Assembly (NCBI GenBank): GCA_013911165.1
Contig: JACETR010000007.1
Coordinates: 1,144 to 65,143, forward strand
Direction of reading: 5' to 3'
DNA length: 64,000 bases
Source: Planctomycetota bacterium
Lineage (GTDB): Bacteria; Planctomycetota; UBA8108; UBA1146
Shown here: positions 37,906 to 47,682 of the stretch, one piece after another
Position numbering within the stretch: position 1 is the stretch's first letter
Layout: each line of letters starts with the position of its first letter
Position numbers and translations under genes: made by a program
The notes under the pieces: generated by a model
The model's input: only the letters and a program-made list of their open reading frames with translations
Database searches by the model: none
What the model was told of the DNA's origin: nothing

Positions 37906-39618
37906 TCAGAAACTGACCTGAAGCAATCCGGAACAGGAGGGACTTTCTACCCAATGAGTCACCGCAGTGGGAAAGACAACCCGATCGCCTCGCAGAACCT
38001 GATGCAAATCGACGGTAGTCTGGTCCCCTTCACCGGCGAGGAGCAATTCAGAGAGAGCTCCCCGTGCATGGGCCAAAGGTACTTTTCGACTGTAGAGGGA
38101 GAGACAAGAGACGGTCGTCACGATCTCCGGCTGAATCGGATCATCTTCCAGCAAACCCCACAGGTCGGCGAGAACCGATTCAATCGGTCGATCAAGGTAG
38201 AGTGAGTCGTCCCACTGCAGCGCCAACAACCCCGGCTCGAGCGTAAGGGCTTCATGAAACAGGGAACCGGCGAGCTGCCAGTTTTCGAGGCGAAGGTGAA
38301 CCAGTGCTTCGAGAAAACGAACCAGGCCAATATCGGACTGCTCTTGATTCGCTCGATCCAAATGCCTCAAAGAATCCTCGACGTCCCCCAATTGATAAGC
38401 ACTCCAGGCGTCGCAGATGGCAGTACGAAGAATCTCATCATCCCGAACCACTTCGATGACTTCTTCCCGGGTTTCGACAAAAACAATCGAACCACGATCC
38501 CGTGAAGATTGAAGGGTCGAGGACCAGTACACACCATGGGAATGTCCGTGCCAGTAACCATGGTGCCACCAGAAGATATGGTGCGAACTGCTGTAGGCCC
38601 ACGGCAACCACCATCCATGGCACCAATTCAGGGGATGACTCAGATACCAGGGAGAGCAGTATCCATGATGCCAGCCGTGAAAGCCGTAATCGGCGTAGAG
38701 GTGAACTCCCAATGCCAAATGAAACCCATGCAGGTATTGCGGGTGGCAAGACCAGGGCATGGAAGTGTGACCATAAACTGTATTGCTGATCGCCGTTCCA
38801 CTGGGGGAAACGGGAGCGTGTATCGCACCTGTGGGAGTGTGAACCACTCCGGACGGAGACAATCTGACTCCTGGATTTTTTGAGAGGGATCGCCCTCGGG
38901 ACGGGATCGTGGTGGCGACTCCGGAAGCCGAAGTTCTGCCCCACCTCTGAATCATCTCTGCGGTGGGCGCCAACTCTGAAGCGGGGCTCCCTGAATCATT
39001 CAGAGTAGGAACTTTCCGATCTCTCATAGCCGGCAAGGGGGCCACCGGCAACGCTCTTGGAACCGGAGTGGCAGTTCTTCTGCCCTGACGAATTCGGGTA
39101 CGGACTCCCGCCGGGGGCTGTCCCGAACCAGGTAAAGTCAATTCGGGCTGGGGCCGTGGCTGGAGGTCACGAATGGACCCGGGCTTCAAGGTGTTCACCG
39201 GGTTGACTGTTGAAACTCCGGGGGCCGAAGGAGCCCCTGATCCACCGGTGGAAGGGTTCCAACGGGGTTTCGGGTTTCTCACAGGAGGCGTCACTCGGGG
39301 AGTCACCCTTGGGGTGACTCGCGGTTGGAGTTGAACTCCACTTCCCGAAGGGGGTCGCACTTGAGGGCGTACTTGAGGTCTCACCTGAGGTCTCACCTGA
39401 GGTCGCACCTGAGGTCTCACCTGGGGCCTTGGAGCGGGACGGCTCTGTGGACGAACCTGAGGACGAGAGGAAGGTCTTGCCTGGGGTCGAGATGACGGAG
39501 AAATGGAGGTCCCTGTCCCTCTGGACTGGGCCTCGGCAGCCCCTGTCCCCCATCCACATGCCAGAATCATCCCTGTACACAGCAAAGTGAAACAGCGCCG
39601 GGTCAGCATTCTGTTCAT
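37906..39618 (-). CDS. Secreted repeat protein: (RPQV)n and (RVTP)n repeats, a His/Trp/Tyr-rich block and a C-terminal helical-repeat domain
   Basis: The signal peptide is MNRMLTRRCFTLLCTGMILACGWGTGAAEA. The repeat region reads RPQARPSSRPQVRPQSRPAPRPQVRPQVRPQVRPQVRPQVRPQVRP. The His/Trp block reads GFHGWHHGYCSPWYLSHPLNWCHGWWLPWAYSSSHHIFWWHHGYWHGHSHGVYW. I recognise no family. Confidence 0.6.
   Translation of the reverse strand: MNRMLTRRCFTLLCTGMILACGWGTGAAEAQSRGTGTSISPSSRPQARPSSRPQVRPQSRPAPRPQVRPQVRPQVRPQVRPQVRPQVRPPSGSGVQLQPRVTPRVTPRVTPPVRNPKPRWNPSTGGSGAPSAPGVSTVNPVNTLKPGSIRDLQPRPQPELTLPGSGQPPAGVRTRIRQGRRTATPVPRALPVAPLPAMRDRKVPTLNDSGSPASELAPTAEMIQRWGRTSASGVATTIPSRGRSLSKNPGVRLSPSGVVHTPTGAIHAPVSPSGTAISNTVYGHTSMPWSCHPQYLHGFHLALGVHLYADYGFHGWHHGYCSPWYLSHPLNWCHGWWLPWAYSSSHHIFWWHHGYWHGHSHGVYWSSTLQSSRDRGSIVFVETREEVIEVVRDDEILRTAICDAWSAYQLGDVEDSLRHLDRANQEQSDIGLVRFLEALVHLRLENWQLAGSLFHEALTLEPGLLALQWDDSLYLDRPIESVLADLWGLLEDDPIQPEIVTTVSCLSLYSRKVPLAHARGALSELLLAGEGDQTTVDLHQVLRGDRVVFPTAVTHWVESPSCSGLLQVSF
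39354..39425 (-). repeat. Six tandem 12-nt units (plus-strand gtctcacctgag and variants) encoding the RPQV repeats
   Basis: Read directly from the DNA. Degenerate copies continue on both sides. Confidence 0.9.
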
Positions 39619-39787
39619 CGCTCACCTTTCCCGAAGACGGCTCCACGAGCCATCTGCGATATCCCTATCCTATCTCTTGCCGGTTCCCTGCGGGAGAGGC
39701 TGCCCCTCGCCTGAAGGCGATGACGGCCTCCTCTGGGAGTTATTCAGAGAAAAAACAGGAATACTGGGGGTGGATCAGGAGGGTGGA

Positions 39788-40162
39788 TCAGGAGGATCGG
39801 TCGAAAAGGAGCACCACTGAAGCTCCCATGGCGATTCCGACAAGATCCGCCCAAAAGTCTTCCCAGGAAAGAGAGCGTCCGGGAATCAGCGCCTGGACTC
39901 CTTCGTGAACCACGGCAAACAGGAGCAGAAGCAGGATCGTCCCCGGCAACCAGTCCCTGACGGGGATCCCCTGTTTTCTCCGGGGGCGAAATCCGAAAAG
40001 CAAAAGCATGAAACCGAGGGCATGGAGGACCTTGTCACGTCCTTCCTGCTGAAAAGCCTCCGGGATCGCCTCCTTCATCATTGAGCCCGGCAACCAACCG
40101 GCAAGGAGGGCGAGTCCAATCAACAGCCAGGGAAACCAGCGACCGAGCAGGGCCCCCCTCAA
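39788..40162 (-). CDS. VanZ-like membrane protein
   Basis: GRDKVLHALGFMLLLFGF and HEGVQALIPGRSLSWEDFWADLVGIAMG match VanZ-family blocks. The listed ORF runs to 40348 but overlaps pyrB there. TTG at 40162 overlaps the pyrB TGA and is a plausible start. Confidence 0.55.
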   Translation of the reverse strand: MRGALLGRWFPWLLIGLALLAGWLPGSMMKEAIPEAFQQEGRDKVLHALGFMLLLFGFRPRRKQGIPVRDWLPGTILLLLLFAVVHEGVQALIPGRSLSWEDFWADLVGIAMGASVVLLFDRSS

Positions 40163-41106
40163 TGACGATCCCCGTGCCCGGAGTCTCGCTGATTTCCAAG
40201 AGCCCGTTCCAGAAGAGCCATACGGACCGGAACTCCAGCAGCAACCTGTTGCAAAATTCTCGATTGGGGACCGTCTGCCACCGCATCGGAAATTTCCACA
40301 CCACGGTTCATCGGTCCGGGATGCAAAACACACATTTCCGGTCCACATCTGGCAAGGCGATCTTCATTCAACTGGAATCGGTCAACATACTCCTGAACCG
40401 AGAGAGCCATCCCCCCCTCAATCCGTTCATGCTGGATCCGCAACACCTGAATCGCATCCAACTCCGACAAACGGGAATCGAAGTCATGACAGGTTTCCAC
40501 ACCGGGAAGCCAGCCTCCTTCAGAGACAAATTCCTCAGGACCGAAGAGGATCACTCGAGCCCCAAGGGCAGTAAATGCCACCATATCACTCCGCGCGACA
40601 CGACTGTGGGCAACATCCCCGAGAATGCCGATACACCGACCTTCCAGGCTCCCCCACTCATCAAGCAGGACTCGACTGTCCAGAAGTGCCTGACTGGGAT
40701 GGGCCCGGGTTCCACCACCGGCATTGAGGACACCGGCTTGACAACGATCGGCCAAATGACGAATCACTGCATCATCACGGTCTCGAACGACCAGCGCACC
40801 CGCCCCCAGCGCTTCGAGAACCTGTGCTGTATCCAGCAGGGTCTCGCCTTTTTTCAGACTCGACGTCTCTGCAGGCAATTCCAGAAAGGGTACGCCCAAT
40901 CTCTGGCACGCCACCTGAAAGGAGAGAGAGGTCCGTGTACTCGGTTCGGAAAACAGGAGAGCGACGGACTTTTCGGAAGTGCCCTGCTGGGTAGCAGGGG
41001 ATTCCCGTAACTCTGCAGCTCTTTCAAGAATCGCTGTGATTTCTTCAGGCTGCAGGTCGGCAAGCTCTACCAGGTTCCAGCCGCTGGCGTCGGTCAACGA
41101 TGACAT
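40159..41106 (-). CDS. pyrB: Aspartate carbamoyltransferase catalytic subunit
   Basis: SEPSTRTSLSF is the carbamoyl-phosphate site. The HPSQAL and HPGPMNRGVEI blocks are also present. Confidence 0.9.
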   Translation of the reverse strand: MSSLTDASGWNLVELADLQPEEITAILERAAELRESPATQQGTSEKSVALLFSEPSTRTSLSFQVACQRLGVPFLELPAETSSLKKGETLLDTAQVLEALGAGALVVRDRDDAVIRHLADRCQAGVLNAGGGTRAHPSQALLDSRVLLDEWGSLEGRCIGILGDVAHSRVARSDMVAFTALGARVILFGPEEFVSEGGWLPGVETCHDFDSRLSELDAIQVLRIQHERIEGGMALSVQEYVDRFQLNEDRLARCGPEMCVLHPGPMNRGVEISDAVADGPQSRILQQVAAGVPVRMALLERALGNQRDSGHGDRH

Positions 41107-42212
41107 TCGCCTGCTCCTTCCAAAAACCCTGAAATCAGTTCTGCTATACCCGATTCACGAATGAGACAACTTCGCAGTTGCTCCAGAAAGATGACATGCT
41201 CTGCAAGGAAGGGACAGGGCTGATTCGGGTCGAATTTTTGCCCCCCATGCAACAGGTCCAGAATCGCAGTTTCCAACTGCGGGATCCCTTCCCCGGTCAC
41301 CGCCGATACCCGGATGGCATCGGTATTCAGGGCAAATTGATCAGCATCCCACTCGTCGCACCGGCTGTGAACGATCAATGATTCCGGGTGAGATCCAGTC
41401 CCCCGCTCAGCCTGCCCCGGCAGCACCAACTCAAGAACCAGATTCGCGCGGGAGATTTCTTCGCTCAGCCTTCTCAAGCCTTCCGATTCGACAGGATCAT
41501 CGGTCTCGCGGGTGCCAGCTCCATCCACCAGGATCAGGGGCCAGCCGTTAATCAGTGCATGAGCCCGAACCAGATCACGGGTCGTCCCCTCAATGGGAGT
41601 GACGATGGAACGGTCTTCACCAATCAAGCGATTGAACAAAGTGCTTTTTCCGGCATTGGTCACCCCAGTGAGCACCACCGTCGGAGGATTGATCATCTGC
41701 AATCCGATTGCTGCATGACCCAACAACTCCTCTACCCGATCCAATACAGGAGGTTCCTGCTGCCATAAAGCCACCTCCCCGGCAAAACCTGACGCGGAAG
41801 ATTGAATCAGAAGAAAAGAACAGGCCTCGTCACTCGTCGCGTTCGGAAGTTCGCTCAGTGCTTGGCGACGAATCCTGTTTGCGGAATCCTGCATTCCTGA
41901 CCCAAAGATGGCTTTCTTTTTGGAGCATGATCGAGCCCCCAATGTCACGCACCGATCGAGAACACGATCCAGGATCAACCGGTTTCCATGAGTCGTCAGC
42001 AAAAAAGCCTCTTCAGAGGAGGTCCAACGCAAGCAAACGACGTCATCGATGACTTCACCGTGTTCATCGAGAATATCCGCATGCCAACAATCCTGAGGAG
42101 AAGTTCGCGACAGCAATTGTTCCAGCAACTCCCAAGAACCCTGCCCGTTGAGAAAGATGCCATGAAGGGCCGCTGCCCCAAATCCTGTCACGGCTTCGAC
42201 GCTGACCATCAA
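41094..42212 (-). CDS. Divergent, short MnmE/TrmE-like GTPase
   Basis: The G domain has GVTNAGKSTLFNRL, TTRD and VDGAG. The N-terminal domain resembles MnmE weakly. At 372 aa it is shorter than typical MnmE, and no C-terminal CIGK motif is visible. Confidence 0.65.
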   Translation of the reverse strand: MMVSVEAVTGFGAAALHGIFLNGQGSWELLEQLLSRTSPQDCWHADILDEHGEVIDDVVCLRWTSSEEAFLLTTHGNRLILDRVLDRCVTLGARSCSKKKAIFGSGMQDSANRIRRQALSELPNATSDEACSFLLIQSSASGFAGEVALWQQEPPVLDRVEELLGHAAIGLQMINPPTVVLTGVTNAGKSTLFNRLIGEDRSIVTPIEGTTRDLVRAHALINGWPLILVDGAGTRETDDPVESEGLRRLSEEISRANLVLELVLPGQAERGTGSHPESLIVHSRCDEWDADQFALNTDAIRVSAVTGEGIPQLETAILDLLHGGQKFDPNQPCPFLAEHVIFLEQLRSCLIRESGIAELISGFLEGAGECHR

Positions 42213-42976
42213 CCCTTCCCCTGTTCTGAATCCACTCTCTCAAGAGCGAGCTCCAGCCCATCGAGAACCAGGCCAGGAATCACCTGGGCTGCAGGAAAAT
42301 CACTTTGAAGGCGGTGTGCATCCCCACCGGTCAGAACGGTGACGACCTCCACCTCAGCACTCGCCTTCAACCCCGATTGAACCCGGGAATGGAGAGCGGC
42401 GATTCCGGTGCGATAAAGCGTTTCAATACCGCCCCCGAGAGCCTGTACCGTTTCCCGAGCCCAGGGGGACGAGACTGACTCGGAACTCCCGTCGGGAAGT
42501 TCGGGAGCTGCCGCCGAGAGCGAAGATTTCAAAGCTTCCCACCCGGGAGCAATCCAGCCACCCAGAAGAACGCCCTCCGGTGAAACAGCATCCACCGTCA
42601 CCGCTGTTCCCGCATCGATGATGACTGCGGGGGCTCCACCATAAAGACTTCCCCAGGCCAGCGCAGTCAGAGCCCTGTCTGCTCCGGTTTTTTCGGGGTG
42701 ATCCGTCTCGACCGAGACCCCTTCCGCCGATCCATTTTCGATCCAGAGGATGGGAAATGCCGAGAGGTGAAGGAGGATTTTTTCAAGAGTAGCCCGGTGG
42801 CTTGGACGCAAGCAGGAGATCGCGACACGAAGTGGCTCCCCTGACTCATCAGACCATTCACTGATACAGGCCTGTAAGGTCTCGAGAGTGGCGTGATCCT
42901 CACGCAACTCTTCACCCCTGCGCCTCAGGCGCCAGTGGATACGGGTGTTTCCAACATCGATGACCAAACTGTCCAC
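42209..42976 (-). CDS. coaX: Type III pantothenate kinase
   Basis: The motifs VIDVGNTRIHW, GADRALTALAA and IIDAGTAVTVD are present. Confidence 0.9.
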   Translation of the reverse strand: MDSLVIDVGNTRIHWRLRRRGEELREDHATLETLQACISEWSDESGEPLRVAISCLRPSHRATLEKILLHLSAFPILWIENGSAEGVSVETDHPEKTGADRALTALAWGSLYGGAPAVIIDAGTAVTVDAVSPEGVLLGGWIAPGWEALKSSLSAAAPELPDGSSESVSSPWARETVQALGGGIETLYRTGIAALHSRVQSGLKASAEVEVVTVLTGGDAHRLQSDFPAAQVIPGLVLDGLELALERVDSEQGKG

Positions 42977-43033
42977 GGTCGCCTCCTGTCAGGAAGGATA
43001 CCGTGATCCGGAGGCAGACCCCAGCCATCGTGG

Positions 43034-44131
43034 CTAGTAATCGAAGTCGAAATCTCCCATGGCATTCCCCTTCACGACCCCTCTTAGCTCGAGTTGGAGT
43101 TCTTCGGGGAAATCGGAGAAGGCGAGTGCGTCATCCAGGGTGATTCGGTCCGCACGATAAAGGTCACGCAACGACTGATTGAAGGTCCGGGAACCGAAGT
43201 GCTCGCCATCACGAACCGCACTGTGCAGTTCATGGGTTTTACCCTCACGAAGCAACTCCCGAATCGTCGGACTGTTAATCATCATTTCCAAAGCCGGAAT
43301 CCGACCCTGTCCATCGAGTGACGGGACCAATCGCTGACAAACCACACCGGAAAGAACCAGAGACAACTGGAGACGAATCAGATCATGCTGGTGCGGAGGG
43401 AAGAAGTGGATAATTCTCTCCACCGTTTGAACCGCATTGACAGTATGCAACGTGGACAGGACCAGATGCCCTGTTTCCGCTGCCGCGATCGCCGCTTCCA
43501 TCGTTTCACGGTCGCGCATTTCACCAATCAGGATGACATCCGGACTCTGACGCAGGGAATGTCGAAGTGCCGTCGGAAATGAGTCGGTATCGATCCCCAC
43601 TTCCCGTTGATCGATGATGGATTTGCGATCACGGAAGGTAAATTCGATGGGATCTTCGATCGTCACGATATGACGATTGACCGTTTCATTGATATGGTGA
43701 ACCATCGAGGCAAGAGTCGTCGATTTTCCGGATCCCGTGTTTCCCGTGACAAGCACGAGTCCACGCTTCTGCATCGCCAAACGGGTCAAGGTCTCTTCAG
43801 GCAAACCCAACTCATCAAACCCGGATACATTTTGTGAAACATGACGGAAAACAAATCCAAGTTGGCCACGCTGATGGAAAATATTGACCCTGAAACGACC
43901 GATCCCGGGCAGATCATATGAGGTGTCCACGTCCAACTTTTGGGGCAAGGCTTCGGGTCGTGAATCCTGGATGATCTCTAGAAACTCCTGAGATTTTCGC
44001 GGGGAGATCTCTTCGCAATCGAGAAACTTGACGGCGCCATCAACCCTCAATGAAGGCGGGCAGCCAACCTTGATAAACAGGTCAGAAGCGTTCTCGGTCA
44101 CCATACGGCGCAATAATTCGTGAAATTCCAT
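43034..44131 (-). CDS. pilT: Type IV pilus retraction ATPase PilT
   Basis: GNTGSGKSTTLA is Walker A. IVTIEDPIEF, the Asp box and the His box (LVLSTLHT) are also present. ATG at 44131 is preferred, and the listed ORF runs to 44179. Confidence 0.9.
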   Translation of the reverse strand: MEFHELLRRMVTENASDLFIKVGCPPSLRVDGAVKFLDCEEISPRKSQEFLEIIQDSRPEALPQKLDVDTSYDLPGIGRFRVNIFHQRGQLGFVFRHVSQNVSGFDELGLPEETLTRLAMQKRGLVLVTGNTGSGKSTTLASMVHHINETVNRHIVTIEDPIEFTFRDRKSIIDQREVGIDTDSFPTALRHSLRQSPDVILIGEMRDRETMEAAIAAAETGHLVLSTLHTVNAVQTVERIIHFFPPHQHDLIRLQLSLVLSGVVCQRLVPSLDGQGRIPALEMMINSPTIRELLREGKTHELHSAVRDGEHFGSRTFNQSLRDLYRADRITLDDALAFSDFPEELQLELRGVVKGNAMGDFDFDY

Positions 44132-44227
44132 CGTCTCTCCCTGGATCAAGGGGGTCCCCGCGGGGACATGAAGGTCCATAGAAGAATACGATGAGGTCTC
44201 AGGATCGTCGAAAACGGGTCTCAGGGG

Positions 44228-45235
44228 CTATTCGGAAGGATTCAGCAGCCTCCAGAGCTGCTCGAGGACGGTCCGGATTCCGTCTCCTGTCACCCCTGAA
44301 ATCACCATGACCGGTTCATTCAAACGCTCCTGAAGTTCGATCCGGATCTTTTCCACTTCTTCGGCTGGCAACAGGTCCGACTTGTTGATCACTGTGATCA
44401 TCGGTCTATCCGCCAACTCTGTGGAGTGGGCCCCCACCTCACCGCGAATCACCTCATGATCATGAACGAGTTCGTCGATTTCCCGATCGTGGGGATCCAG
44501 GAGATGCAGCATGACCCGGGTACGTTCCAGATGCTTGAGGAATCCGATTCCCAATCCGACGCCGTCCGCAGCCCCTTCAATCAATCCAGGCACATCTGCC
44601 AATACGATTCGTCGGAAGGTATCCAACTCGGCGATTCCCAGCTGGGGACTGAGGGTGGTAAAGGGATAATCTGCAATCTTTGGGTGTGCACTGGAGACGC
44701 GTGAGAGAAACGTGCTCTTGCCAGCATTCGGCAAGCCGAGGAGACCCACGTCTGCGATCAGTTTCAGTTCCAGATGAACCCGACGCTCCTCCCCCTCTTC
44801 ACCCGGGGTGAACTCCCGAGGGCTCTGATGGGTGGACGTCGCAAAGCCGGTGTTTCCACGGCCACCTTCCCCACCCTTGGCGATGACGAATTCCTGCTCC
44901 GACTCAGCGAGGTCCACGATCATGTGACCTTCCTCGTCGTACACCATCGTACCTACCGGAACGGAGATACGCAGATCTGCGCCCATTCGGCCTGTCTGGT
45001 TTTTGCTGGAACCCGGACGTCCCTTTTCAGCCTTGTGAACCGGTCGTCCGGTGAAATCGAGGAGAGTCTGAACGTGGGGATCGGCAAAGAGGATTACATG
45101 TCCGCCACGGCCGCCATCACCGCCGTCAGGCCCGCCCCGGGGAACATATTTCTCCCGGCGAAATGAGCAGCAGCCGTCCCCGCCTTTACCGGCGTAGACG
45201 TTAATCCAGGCTTCGTCAACGAAGCGGATGCTCAA
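44228..45235 (-). CDS. obgE: GTPase ObgE/CgtA
   Basis: FVDEAWINVYAGKGGDGCCSFRREKYVPRGGPDGGDGGRGG is the Obg fold, followed by a G domain (GLPNAGKST). Confidence 0.95.
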   Translation of the reverse strand: MSIRFVDEAWINVYAGKGGDGCCSFRREKYVPRGGPDGGDGGRGGHVILFADPHVQTLLDFTGRPVHKAEKGRPGSSKNQTGRMGADLRISVPVGTMVYDEEGHMIVDLAESEQEFVIAKGGEGGRGNTGFATSTHQSPREFTPGEEGEERRVHLELKLIADVGLLGLPNAGKSTFLSRVSSAHPKIADYPFTTLSPQLGIAELDTFRRIVLADVPGLIEGAADGVGLGIGFLKHLERTRVMLHLLDPHDREIDELVHDHEVIRGEVGAHSTELADRPMITVINKSDLLPAEEVEKIRIELQERLNEPVMVISGVTGDGIRTVLEQLWRLLNPSE

Positions 45236-45259
45236 GGGAGGTCCTGACGAGTTCGGTGA

Positions 45260-45508
45260 TCAGGATGCGACGGGATCGATGTGAACGCGACGACGGGTTC
45301 CAAAGCGAACTTTTCCGTCGACGAGGGCGAACAGGGTGTAATCCTTGCCCATGCCCACATTGTGACCCGGGTGGAACTTGGTTCCACACTGACGCACCAG
45401 AATGTTGCCGGCGATCACATTCTCGCCGCCAAACTTTTTGACTCCACGGTGTTGGGCATTTGAGTCGCGCCCGTTGCGTGAGGCGCCCTGACCCTTCTTA
45501 TGTGCCAT
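45260..45508 (-). CDS. rpmA: 50S ribosomal protein L27
   Basis: [24 protein letters not shown]... begins at the ATG at 45508. The listed ORF extends to 45562. Confidence 0.95.
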   Translation of the reverse strand: MAHKKGQGASRNGRDSNAQHRGVKKFGGENVIAGNILVRQCGTKFHPGHNVGMGKDYTLFALVDGKVRFGTRRRVHIDPVAS

Positions 45509-45571
45509 AGTCTCTGCTCCTGTTTCGGTTTTCAAAGTTGGTGAGGCGTAGCCGTCACCCACTGAAAATCT

Positions 45572-45886
45572 CTAGCTGGCGATCTTGCCGATGCGAACCT
45601 TGATGTACTTCTGGCGATGGCCTTTGCGGCTATGGGAATTCTTGCGACGACGGAAACGGTGGAAGATGACCTTCGGTCCCTTGACCTCACCGATCACTTC
45701 CGCTTCGACGGATGCACCATCCACCAAAGGGGTTCCACAGACGAAATCTCCACTGCCAGGCTCGATGGCCAACACTTCAGAAAACTGAAGAGTGCTGCCC
45801 GCATCAGCTTCACGATAATCGAGGAAAAGGGTCTCCCCTTCCTCTACACGGTATTGACGACCACCGTCGCGAAAGATCGCGTGCAT
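45572..45886 (-). CDS. rplU: 50S ribosomal protein L21
   Basis: MHAIFRDGGRQYRVEEGE... and the basic C-terminus are typical. It sits in the canonical rplU-rpmA-obg order. Confidence 0.95.
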   Translation of the reverse strand: MHAIFRDGGRQYRVEEGETLFLDYREADAGSTLQFSEVLAIEPGSGDFVCGTPLVDGASVEAEVIGEVKGPKVIFHRFRRRKNSHSRKGHRQKYIKVRIGKIAS

Positions 45887-46017
45887 GGTTCCTCTTTCTT
45901 CTCAACGACTCTCATGAGAGTCGATTTCATCAATTTATTGAATCGCCGATTCCCCGAACATTCTCGGGAAAGCTTCAGCGACACCCCTCTGGACCACATG
46001 CGGATCAGGGGCGATCC

Positions 46018-47514
46018 CTAACGATACCGGATGGCCCAGCATTCTGGCGACCAATCTTTGCCAGATTCCAGGATGATTCTTGCCCCGGTCTGCTGCTCCA
46101 AATCCCCAATTTCTTCGGCCCTGCCCTCCTTGAGAAGGTCAAAAACCCCCTCTCCGACCGTCACAATCGCCTCCTGAGTGCCATTTTCAGCCAATCCACG
46201 GGTTAATTCCCGCATCAGGCCCGGGGCCAGGCGATGCTCCTCCCTCACCGAACCGCGTCCGTTACAGGTGGGACAGGAGGTCCGTCCGAGCCGGTTTTTG
46301 GATGGGCCCAGCTTCTGCCGAGTGAGCTCAAGCAGACCGAATCGGGACAGCGGCGCATACCAGATCTTTGCCCGATCTTCTCGGGTACACGCTCGAAACG
46401 CCTCTTCAAGACGGGATTTGTGGTCGGTTTCCAGCATGTCGATAAAGTCACAGACGATCACACCACCCAAGTCCCTCAGACGGATCTGCCGGGCAACTTC
46501 TTCAGCGGCTTCGAGATTGGTTTGCAGCGCGGTGTTCTCCAGATCGGAGGCGGTCAGGTCTCTTCCAGAGTTGACATCGATGGCGACCAGCGCCTCCGTC
46601 TCCTCGATCACCAGTGCTCCCCCGGAGGGCAACTTCACATTGCGGTCGTAGATGCTGTCGATCTGGCTTTCGAGTCCCCGATGGCGAAAGAGGGCTGTCT
46701 TTCCACGATAGATCTCCATCTTCAGATCTCCGGTGTGTGGCCAGCGTTGGCGATCCGCCAACAACTGCTTTCCCATTTCATCATCATCGATGATCACTTC
46801 GGAAACAGATGAGGTCCAAAGATCTCGAGAGACTTTTCTCAGCAGATCCACTTCACTGCGAAGTTTTGAAGGGGCTGAAGTTGCCTCGGCCTTCTGAGAC
46901 AGCTGTTGCCATTCCGAAGAAAGACCTTCCACCTCTTTGATCAGATCCACCTCCTCGATTCCTGAACCGGCAGTGCGAATGATGACACCCGCTCCGGGAA
47001 TCGAAGGCATTTTTTCTGCGACCTGTCTCAATGACTCGCGATTTTCCGCATCGATCTTCCGCGAAACTCCAGGGCGGGCGACTCCACTGAGAAGGACCAG
47101 AGACCTGCCCGGAAGTGAAACAAAGGTACTGACACTCGGCCCCTTTTGACCGATGGCATCCTTTGAAACCTGTACGACCAACTCCTGGCCACTGCGCAGG
47201 CAGTCCTGGATCAAACCTTCACCCCGCTTGCGCGGAAACGAGTCGTTGAGGGTGAGCAGGGAGACCGACTCGCCCCTGTCGTAAGCAGGATGCAGATCGG
47301 CAAAATGCAAAAAGGCGGTCCGGTTTTCACCAATATCGATGAACGCAGCCTGAATCGCCGGTTCCACATTGACGACCCGACCCAGATAGATGTTGCCAAC
47401 GAGAGTCCCTCCCGCTCGCTGATACTCACGGTGGTACTCCCACAGACGGCCCGAATCAGCGACCAGGCCAACACGGGTTTCAGAGTCGACCTTTGTTTGA
47501 ACCAGCAGTCGCAT
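46018..47514 (-). CDS. rng: Ribonuclease E/G family endoribonuclease (RNase G-like)
   Basis: The S1 domain reads GNIYLGRVVNVEPAIQAAFIDIGENRTAFLH. The catalytic core has DVNSG and DFIDM. ATG at 47514 is preferred. Confidence 0.85.
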   Translation of the reverse strand: MRLLVQTKVDSETRVGLVADSGRLWEYHREYQRAGGTLVGNIYLGRVVNVEPAIQAAFIDIGENRTAFLHFADLHPAYDRGESVSLLTLNDSFPRKRGEGLIQDCLRSGQELVVQVSKDAIGQKGPSVSTFVSLPGRSLVLLSGVARPGVSRKIDAENRESLRQVAEKMPSIPGAGVIIRTAGSGIEEVDLIKEVEGLSSEWQQLSQKAEATSAPSKLRSEVDLLRKVSRDLWTSSVSEVIIDDDEMGKQLLADRQRWPHTGDLKMEIYRGKTALFRHRGLESQIDSIYDRNVKLPSGGALVIEETEALVAIDVNSGRDLTASDLENTALQTNLEAAEEVARQIRLRDLGGVIVCDFIDMLETDHKSRLEEAFRACTREDRAKIWYAPLSRFGLLELTRQKLGPSKNRLGRTSCPTCNGRGSVREEHRLAPGLMRELTRGLAENGTQEAIVTVGEGVFDLLKEGRAEEIGDLEQQTGARIILESGKDWSPECWAIRYR

Positions 47515-47620
47515 GGAGAAAACACTCCTGTTATCGGGGAGATCAAAGTTGAACTTCGGTGATCGAACCGGGTCTCCAAGATAGCCTCCCGTCCCCAAAG
47601 GTCCAGAGAACAGGAAGAGC

Positions 47621-47656
47621 AATAAAAAAGGCTTCCACGATAAAACCGTGGAAGCC
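47621..47656 (-). terminator. Rho-independent terminator after pilQ
   Basis: A perfect 10-bp stem, ggcttccacg / cgtggaagcc (47630-47656). On the minus strand it is followed by ttttttatt. It starts 27 nt after the pilQ stop. Confidence 0.8.
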
Positions 47657-47682
47657 TTCTAATTCAACTTTTACTGTCAGAT

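Noticed and set aside
39768-39798. 2.5 copies of a 13-nt tandem repeat (gggtggatcagga) at the 3' end of the vanZ-like gene
   Set aside because: It is short, overlaps the stop codon and has no obvious structure. It is most simply a local duplication of little consequence. It is recorded only for completeness.
40081-41010. 309-aa plus-strand ORF opposite pyrB
   Set aside because: pyrB signature blocks (STRTSLSF, HPSQAL) are on the minus strand. The plus frame has no family resemblance.
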